Source of the DNA: Octopus vulgaris | Taxonomy: Eukaryota | Assembly (NCBI GenBank): GCA_951406725.2 | Contig: OX597814.1 | Span: 103,478,001-103,542,000 of the forward strand | Direction of reading: 5' to 3' | DNA length: 64,000 bases | Shown: piece after piece, positions 55,230 through 64,000 of the stretch | How positions within the stretch are numbered: position 1 is the first letter of the stretch | How the letters are laid out: the number at the start of each line of letters is the position of its first letter | Notes under the pieces: generated by a model | What the model was told of the DNA's origin: nothing | What the model saw: the letters and a program-made list of their open reading frames with translations, nothing else | Databases searched by the model: none | Made by a program: the position numbers and the translations under genes

Positions 55230-56620
55230 CCTACCTTATTCATTCATTATGATCAGCTTAGCGCAGTTGATGGACGTTCATTTTATGCGCTCGAAATATT
55301 AGAGAAAATTATCAAAAAAATTAGACATAAACTACTGGAATGTGCGAACTCTGGTTCATAATCCAAATGTACCGTCTCCAAAACACAGAACTGAATTAGT
55401 TTCTAGGCAACTACAAAGATATGTTATTGAAGTCACGGCTCTTTCAAAGACTCGTCACGTGTGATTGGTGGTGAATTATTTTGGAAGGGAGGAAAGCGCA
55501 AGAGAGAAGCAACTGCGAGTTTCGCAAACTTAGTCCACAGAACTTCCCTGATGTGTTAACGAACAGCTGATGCCACTACGGCACTTCCTAACGATGAAGC
55601 TGCTGTTTTTTATGGCCCCTAAAGGAATGTACTGCGATGTTTCGATTGTGATAAAATTATTCTCCTTGGAGGCTTTAATGCATCAGTTGGAAAAAAAAAC
55701 TGGGAGACCCGGAGCTACTTGTGAAGATATGGTGTCGGGAAAGTCAACTGTTATGGTTTATCTTTTCTGGAGTTTTGTTTGTACATCTTAAGCACGCAAT
55801 TACAACTTGGATGATCTCAAGATCCGGCCATTGGAGTTTAATTGACTATGGTGACTGCACAATGTCGGCAATGTCCGTTCTCTGCGCGGTGCTAAATGCT
55901 GGACTGATCATGATTTAGTAAGAGTCAGACAATGGAACCGGCTGCCAGAAATCATAATACAATCAAAATCCCAAAACGTTTAGATGTTAGAAAGCTGCAA
56001 TGACAAAATGTGCAAGGTGTTCTTTAAGAATGTATTGCAACAGTAAATGACACAGAATGATGGGATGTTGACAGAAATGATCCTCATAATTCAGCTTTAT
56101 GAAATTCTTGATACAACTTCAGCAGAGTAGAGACTGATTTGATGAAAACGACTGGGTTATAAAAACAGCGATCTCTAATAAAACATGGGATGCGTAGTAA
56201 AAATACTGCCAGAAGAGATTTCAAAGCAAAAGCGTCTCCAGTTGGAAGAAAATTTCAAGCGTGCAAAAGCTGCGCTCAGTGAAGTGTACAGAAAAATTGG
56301 TTGTCGAGCATTACGACCAGCATACAAATAACAGATGATGCGAAAAACACAAAGGCACTATGAGCAGAAAACATGTCTAAGAGATGGAAAGAACATTTCG
56401 AAAAGTTATTAAATAGAGAATCCCAAGCGAACTATATCTATATTGAAAATAGTCAGCAAAGACTAACAATTTCTTCCCTTAATAACCCGATCAACCTACC
56501 ATAGAGGAAGTACAATTGAACCATAAGAAACCCGATCATGGTAAAGCTGCCGGAAAAGACGGATAGGATATCTCCTTCGAATGATGACGGCAAAATCCTA
56601 AAACAAATCCTTTCTACTGA
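55230..56620 (+). mobile_element. RTE-clade LINE remnant (APE endonuclease to linker)
   Basis: Broken-frame motifs LGGFNASVG, GVGKVN, HWSLIDY, CWTDHDLV, RWKEHFEKLLN. Confidence 0.65.
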
Positions 56621-56884
56621 GTTGGACGGCTGATACAAGGCCAAAGAGCCCGGCATAAATCAAATTTGTGTTTTAAGGATTGTGTGAAAGATTCTCTGAC
56701 TTAATGCAAGAATGAAACAACTGACCGGGAGTCTTCAGTGTTAGACTGAAGTAACTGGTGCACAAAAAACCCCCAATGGCGTCAGAAAGTTTCAGGAAAC
56801 ATGCATACATATGTACGTACGTGCGTGCATGCGTGCGTGCGTATGTATGCATGTATATATGTACTTATGTATGTCTCTTCTGTG

Positions 56885-57907
56885 TTTAATCATTTAAATT
56901 CTTCCTCTGCCGAAGGAGCTGGTTTCTAACAAAGATACAAAGTTCCATCTTTGGAATATTGGTAACGAAAACAATGTCACATTTTAAACCTGAGAAAAGT
57001 CTTGCATAGTTTTACTGTTCCGTTTACAGATTGTATTTGTAATGGGCGAATCAGTTGGTTGATTTCTTCTTCTGAAAATGCAAGCTTATCCAAACTAACA
57101 GTTAGGCATTTGCACACAAAACCAAGTGCTCCGGTTATTATTGGTATAAATGTAAATTTGTAGTCCGGATATAGAAGCTGGAGCTTTCGAAACAGTTGTC
57201 CATAGTTATCTTCTGTCTCTTTGATTTTCAAAGAGACACCCACATCAACAGGACAGTTGATGGGAATGTTCTACCAGTATTCCTTGTGCTGGTATTTGTG
57301 TGCGCATTCAATAACAGGGGGATTCTCTGTATTTATCCCAGAACAATTATTTTCCGAATGGCATCGTATATTGTTTTTGCGACATCGTTATGACGCATAG
57401 GGAAGCAATATCTTGATGACATTTTTGGGCAGATGAAAATCACGTGTGTGATGCCTTCCAAAGAAATATGACATAATCTACATTTACGGTTGCATCCTGG
57501 AACTCCAAGGGCTCCACTGTCTCTTTTGTCGATTAGGTCGAGGAGAGGCTTTGTTTCATGTCGTTATTACCGTCTTCTTCAAGTTTTCGGGGACGCATAC
57601 CCATGCATGGTCTTCTCTTAGTATACTGAGCTTTTCACAACCAGGTCTTCTTCGAGGTACCCACGTGTGTCTGTATATATGTATGACCAGCTGTTTTGTG
57701 GTTGTATGGGAAGTCATCAGGAAGAGAGTACTTCTTGAAGAGCTCACTGTCAAGCGCAGGATGTTGTTCTCTTCGTTTTTCACCATTAGGTTGACATTCA
57801 CACAAACACATACATCCACACGTATACATACACGCACATACACACATACACATACCACTACAAATACACACATATATATATTGCTGTTGTTTTTAGTAGG
57901 CTCTGTC

Positions 57908-57945
<38 letters not shown>

Positions 57946-59335
57946 TGTGAGAGAGAGGGGAAGAGAGACAGACAAAGACAGAGACAGAGAACCTATACGA
58001 TACTCAAAAGGTGATTGCACTTTTCCAAAGACTCGACCGTCTTCATCTCTTCTCGTGTATCGCCTGTTGATGTAACTGTTTCTGTGGAAGTTTCCAGTTG
58101 ATGTCAGGATCTTACGGATTTGGAATGGTTTTATTCTACAGACCAGTCATTCATCCCAAAATTCAGGTGTCAGCACTGGTAATGTGAATGCATGGTAGGA
58201 TATTGTCCTGTAAAATGAGAGGTGTGACTGCCATATTTTTTCTGGTGTAATATTCTCGGGTCACTCTATCTTTATTCACAGCACCTTCGTATAATATGCT
58301 TTTATCAATGCCTAGGTACTTTTAGCACTCTTTGTGTGGGACAGGAGAGATGGAGAGATCATTGATGCACATGTTTTGGGTCCGGGGTTCTGATTTTCTA
58401 CGTTCAACAATCAAATACAAACATTTTTTTTTTGTTAAATTATGAATGTTGAAAATATTATTCCAGTTGGCATAATAAACATTTTTAGCATAAATCTTCA
58501 GCGCATCCATAAAGAAATTATGGGTTACATTAATACCTCTAGCAGACCTAAACAAGTAACCATTTGATTTTGTAGCAAAATAATAATGGATCTAATTCCA
58601 AAATAAACAGAATTACAGAAAAGCTATCTCCTTGAAATATTTGAATTATTCATAACATTGGAGAAGATCGTTCCGCTCCCATTTGTGTGAGAATGTTGCC
58701 CAGGTCTTTGTGAGCCTCTTAATAGCAGTGGATAAAGAAACAAGCACCTTTTTTTCTAGTGTAGAAACGTCAGTAGCCATGAAGGAGCAATAGATGAGCG
58801 CTTTCCTATAATCAAACCGTTCCATCATAAATGTTCAGCAGTGTTTTCTTACTTCACACAATATAGCTTTGTTTATCAAAAGTTGTTCGACACATCCCCA
58901 CGCTCCCTTCTTTCCATCTTCCAACTCATCAGTCACTATGTTGGGACTCTCGCTGATCCTGAAATAATTGTTTGATGTAGCTTGTGCATAGTTTGTACAA
59001 AATGCTTGGGCAAGCAATGGGCTTATTATAGTTTACTGCCAACACGGGAGATTCATTCTTGGTTACAAGAATCATCCGTACCAGAGTATGTCAGTCTCAT
59101 CATCCATAGTGCTTTTGAGTATATATTAATAGTTTTTTTCTGTAAAATGTCAACCTATTGTACCAATATCCAACTGTTAAGTCTCTTCCAGGTTTTTTCT
59201 CATTATGCAGCTTGCCTACGGCTGTAGTGGAAGGTTTCCGAGCCAATTTTACTGTCGATGTTGCTACAGTATTCTCCCCTAAATGTATTTAACCGCGATG
59301 CATTCAAGGTTGAAATCCCTCTTTTCCTTCCTCAT
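56885..59335 (-). mobile_element. R4/Dong-like LINE, interrupted by microsatellites
   Basis: 56885-57530 nearly matches 27280-27980; upstream GKKGAWGCVEQLLINK, FDYRKA, HNFFMDALKIY. Confidence 0.82.
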
Positions 59336-59529
59336 TTTAAACAGCAGGATTAAAGATCTTATTGAGAGGGGGTGGGTGTTTCTTACCTCTAATAATTTCC
59401 ATCGTCATCTGTCTGAGTAAGAAACAAAGTGGATTGCCCGAAAGATTTTCTGCAGTATCAAAGTTTTTCACTCGACGTTCTGAGTGCTTTATACTACTAA
59501 GGATTCTTTTAAGAGCATGGCGTGAAAAG

Positions 59530-59722
59530 CCACAGTAGAGTTTTTTTATATATATATTTTGTAAAATAGCCACCTTAGAGTTTATTATCTTTTGTAAAAT
59601 AGCCACCATAGAGTTTTTTTCTATTTTTTGTAAAATAGCCACAATAGAATTTTTTTTTTATCTTTCGTAAAACAGCCACCGTAGAGTTTTTTTATCTTTT
59701 GTAAAATAGCCACCGTAGAGGT
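59530..59722. repeat. Minisatellite, ~32-bp unit, about 6 copies
   Basis: TTTGTAAAATAGCCACCRTAGAGTTTTT units. Confidence 0.85.
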
Positions 59723-60204
59723 TCTATTCACATTGTGAGTGAATTCGTTATTCCCCTTACATTTTATTATCGTGGTTAATCATCCAATATGGCGGCGCAG
59801 ATTGCCGATGTTTTCTTTAAGTTTTGTTTTCCTTCTAGGTTTCTTCTGCTTATTAATTTCCTAAACACGAATTCTGCAAATTTCTCCTGAATGTTCCTTT
59901 CAAGTAATTGCAGCTGTTCATATGAAGGTATGAATTATCCAGTAATTAACTGCGCATAGTTCCATGTTATCTCCAGCAGTATCATCGCTATCTTTCAACA
60001 TCAGAGTTGTTAATTTTTCTTCTTTATTCTTGTTAATAACGGCCAGATGTTCAATAAAAGATTCAAAAACGTTTGCTCGCTCCCTTGGATTCAAAATGTT
60101 CTTAAGCTGGAGGTATTCCACGGTCGTCTTTATCGGATCAGTTACATATGAAGGTATGTGAGAGTTTAGTAACGGCAGCAGCGGTTTGTTTGCATTATTT
60201 TCGA

Positions 60205-60346
60205 GCCCGCGTTCTGAGTTCAAATTCTGGCGTGGTCGACTTTACCTTTCATCCTTTCGGGATCGATAAATTAAGTATCAGTTGAGTACTGGGGCCGATG
60301 TAATCGACTATCCCGCTACCCAAAATTTCAGGTCTTGTGCCTATAG
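60205..60346 (+). mobile_element. Meta/MESC-like SINE
   Basis: GAGTTCAAATTC...GGTCGACTTTACCTTTCATCCTTTCGGGATCGATAAATTAAGTATCAG. Confidence 0.75.
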
Positions 60347-60617
60347 TAAGATTGATTTGCTTTACAAGAGTTCGAATAGCCATTTTTTATCCGTGATAGC
60401 CATTTTTTTTCGCAAAGGAAAATGCTTGTTACCAAAGCTTTGCTGTAAAAGAATTTAAGTTTGAATAAGGTCCGTCCGGCTACATTTTTTAGCCGCTTCG
60501 TTTTGCCGACAGAAGAGTCATCACCGGCTTTTACATAGCACCAAAAGAGTTCTTGATTTAAATGAAATGGATGTGCGTGTGTATGTAAATGTTCGCCTTT
60601 GTGTATGCAAGTATGCA

Positions 60618-60690
<73 letters not shown>

Positions 60691-60711
60691 GTCTGTCTGT
60701 CTATCTGTCTG

Positions 60712-60781
<70 letters not shown>

Positions 60782-60783
60782 TC

Positions 60784-60829
<46 letters not shown>

Positions 60830-61440
60830 CATCTATCTATCTGGATGTACATATGTTTACATGGGGATGTGTATGCATGTACATGTGTGTCCACACACAT
60901 GTAATTGCACACCCACATACGCACACATATCTATTGATGTATGTATGTGTGTGCATATGTACACACAGGTCAAGGCTCAGACGTTATTGAATCTGTGTGA
61001 ATCTATTATTAAATCCTAAATTTCATGAATGTTTTACATATTTTGATAGTACCTTCGACTGTTTATATCTGTAATCTTCTGATTAGACATATCCTCTCTG
61101 GTTTCGTTAAACCAATTTTGTCAAGACTGGTACGGAAGCAGTTAACCACAAAGTCAAGTGCTCAAGTAATTATCATCCAGATGGAGTAATTTTAGATCTC
61201 ATATCAGTCCAGCGAAGATGTTCTCTATTTGATTAAATGTTTTAAGGTTCATAAAATATTCTGGTAATGAATCTTATGTTGCAGCACAATTATGACTGTA
61301 AAATCACGTGTATACACGACCTGCATGTACGTAGGGCGCTTTAGCGCCGATAATGTAACTGAATACCGATGGCGAAACACTTGTAAAGATATAGAATAAA
61401 TGTCTTCGCCTCTTTTTTTTCCTGAATTTAATTAATTGCA

Positions 61441-61472
<32 letters not shown>

Positions 61473-61499
61473 GTATAGATAGATACATATATACATACG

Positions 61500-61566
<67 letters not shown>

Positions 61567-61671
61567 GGGGTGAGTACTTGATAATTATAAGCACCTGTGT
61601 ATACCGTTTGGTGGTGTAGGTGGTGGAGTAAATTGATCAAAATAAAATAAAAACATGATGCGAAGGATTCA

Positions 61672-61749
61672 GCGGTACATATGTTTCGGGCCTTTATTAG
61701 ACAGATTTATAACAATGCATAATGTATGTCTGTGGCCTTCTTCAGCCGC
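61672..61749 (-). ncRNA. Type I minimal hammerhead ribozyme
   Basis: GCGG-CTGAAGA-AGGCC.ACAGA/TCTGT.AGGCCC-GAAA-CATATG-TA-CCGC: canonical core, perfect stem I, palindromic stem III, GUA site. Confidence 0.82.
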
Positions 61750-63688
61750 GCACAACAGCTTCCGCAAGGACATGTGTTACATCAAAAATTCTTGGTTGGG
61801 GATGCAAATCCTCTCATCCACGTACGACATAATGCGGCAGCAGCATAGAATTGAAGCGTCCATCTCTTTCTTCTCTCAATGTAGAATGAGGAAAATTGGA
61901 TGTTGAGGTAATGTAAATAAATAAATACATATATAGAGGTGAAGATGGAGGGGCGAGAGTTCGGGACGAGGGATAAAAAATGTATAAAACGTGTAAGTAT
62001 AGAATAATATAAAAATGTAGAGGATAAAGAGTTGTAAGGAGATGTAAAGGGGGTATAAAGAAATATAAAGAAATGTAAATAAATGTAAAGGCATAAGGTT
62101 ATAGAGTAAAAATAGAAATAGAAATAAAAATAAAAATAAAAATAAAAATAAATAGAAATAAAAGTAAAAAAATCTGATAAAACCATGATAAAAGTGTAAA
62201 AGAATGTAAAGATAAGGGATGTATAGAGGTTACGGACCAAGCATGGTGGTCAGGAGATTGATAAAATTTAGTTGTAGAATTGTCAGTAAATCAACAGTAA
62301 ATCAACAGTTTCGTCTGGGGACTTAATGCGTTGTAAATCAGAGCTGATGAGCATTTAATCTGGTTCCTTGAATTAAATGGACTTCTGGTACATACATATC
62401 ATCATGGATACATACACCCACATACACGCGTACATATACGCCTCCAAGCATATAAGCATACACACGCACTCGCGTTTAAACACGTCCATAAACACACACG
62501 CACCCACACGCACGCGCGTACACACACATACATACAACAGAATATCCGCATATATACACGGACATTACGCGCGTACACGCTCACATGTATATACGCGCGC
62601 CCATCACTACATACACACACGTATATGCCCACGCCTCTAGGTCCGGGTATAAGATATTAAAGGATGTGTATAAGAACGTAAGTAAAGAATCCCGTACTCA
62701 TGTCAATATGCGCACGCACACACGGCTGTGTGTCCGTATGTGCGTGCACATATACACCCATACACACACACAGAGAGACACACGCGCACATGGGTATAGC
62801 TATAAGATATCGAAGTATGCATGTACATATATGCGCGTGCATATGTATGTATGCGTGTACACACGTACGCGGACGCTCGTATATTCAAAAGATGGATCCA
62901 TAGGTAAGTAAATAAACATATATAGAGGTGTAAAGCGATAAGTTAGGGGTAAGAATGAGGGTAAGGGTAAAGATTAGAAATAAAAAATACAGTATAAAAT
63001 AAGAAATACAATGTAATAGTTAGAAATGAGGTATAAGAATTGTAAAAATTATAAGAGTTAAGGTAAGGGATGAAAATGAAAATGAGAATAAATGGAAGTA
63101 GAATAAAAGTAAAAATAAAATTAAAAATAAAAATAAATGGAAGTAGGATAAAAGTAAAAATAAAAGTAAAACTAAAAATAAAATAAAATAAGATAAAAAT
63201 ATAATTTTGTAAAGTTTAACATGAGATGGAGGTGGTTGAAAGTTAGAGGTGTGTGTTAAACGTAGGGGCGGGCGGGGGGAACTGAAAATTGGAAGGGTGG
63301 GAAGTGGAGTTTGGCGGTGTGCGTTCAACATCTGAGTTAGAAATGTGAAAGGGTATAGATATAGGGAATTAAAGAGACTACATAGGGAGGATATGAGTGT
63401 AGGAGAAGAAATATTTAGGGAAAAGAAGTCATATATGGGAGACAAAATTTGTATATATAGGGGGAAAATACAGGGAACCGTATATGCACATACACACACC
63501 CACACACACACACACACACGCACATGTGTATATATATGTATATGTACACATACGTACACGTATGTGCACATACATACGCACACACACACACACACACTTA
63601 CACACGCACATATAGGAAAGCGGGGTGTGCTGGAGCCGACAGGTTGCACCGGGTGGGAGGAAATTGCATGGGGGAGTTGGTATAAGAC

Positions 63689-64000
63689 CTAAGCATTGTA
63701 GTATTTGAAAGTATTAATAAGTTTATGTATACAGGATGGTTTGAACTCTGACCTTTTGTTAATAAGATTGTGTTTGTCTTTGAATTTCAAGATGTTCAGG
63801 AGTTCTACACAGCATAGTTGGCATCCTGCTCTATTATTTAAATAAGGTGCAGCTGATCCGATGATGGACCATCTGAGTTTGAAGCCTATGCATTTGTCTT
63901 TTAATTCCCAAATTCTTTTAGAGAGGGAGGTGCTGTTAGCCTTATGTCTGTGTCTCAGCGAGGACCGGTGGTTGTAGTATCTGGATTTCCAGGAGGTTGA
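63689..64000 (-). CDS. Penelope-like element ORF C-terminus (GIY-YIG domain), open to the window edge
   Basis: STSWKSRYYNHRSSLRHRHKANSTSLSKRIWELKD..FKLRWSII..AAPY....CQLCCVE...NLINKRSEF..SCIHK...YYNA*; no stop in 103 codons. Confidence 0.85.
   Translation of the reverse strand, partial: STSWKSRYYNHRSSLRHRHKANSTSLSKRIWELKDKCIGFKLRWSIIGSAAPYLNNRAGCQLCCVELLNILKFKDKHNLINKRSEFKPSCIHKLINTFKYYNA

Noticed and set aside
59530-59722. CRISPR-like appearance of ~32-bp repeats
   Set aside because: Head-to-tail units without unique spacers, no cas genes, eukaryotic context: a minisatellite.
62300-62365. CTGATGA inside a hairpin near the PLE
   Set aside because: No downstream GAAA or stem III on that strand.

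Overview
AT-rich, microsatellite-dense eukaryotic DNA. The SINE families and repeat landscape suggest an octopus/coleoid cephalopod genome (inference). One host gene is visible on the minus strand: an SLC5 sodium:solute symporter (SMCT/SMVT/NIS subfamily) with coding exon 1 at 42194-41847 and exon 2 at 18801-18736, separated by a ~23 kb intron. Later exons were not found and probably lie left of the window. Nearly everything else is transposon-derived: a near-complete IR/DR Tc1 element, mariner remnants, CR1/L2-group, R4/Dong-like, RTE and Tx1/L1 LINE fragments, three Penelope-like (GIY-YIG) elements and three tRNA-SINE families. The most notable unannotated signal is about 10 sequence-diverse minimal type I hammerhead-ribozyme motifs (CYGANGA...GAAA-palindrome-UH). 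They sit in short cassettes inserted in (TA)n tracts, often inside inverted repeats or long palindromes, consistent with Penelope pseudo-LTRs or retrozyme-like elements. Most ORFs in the supplied track are microsatellite artefacts.
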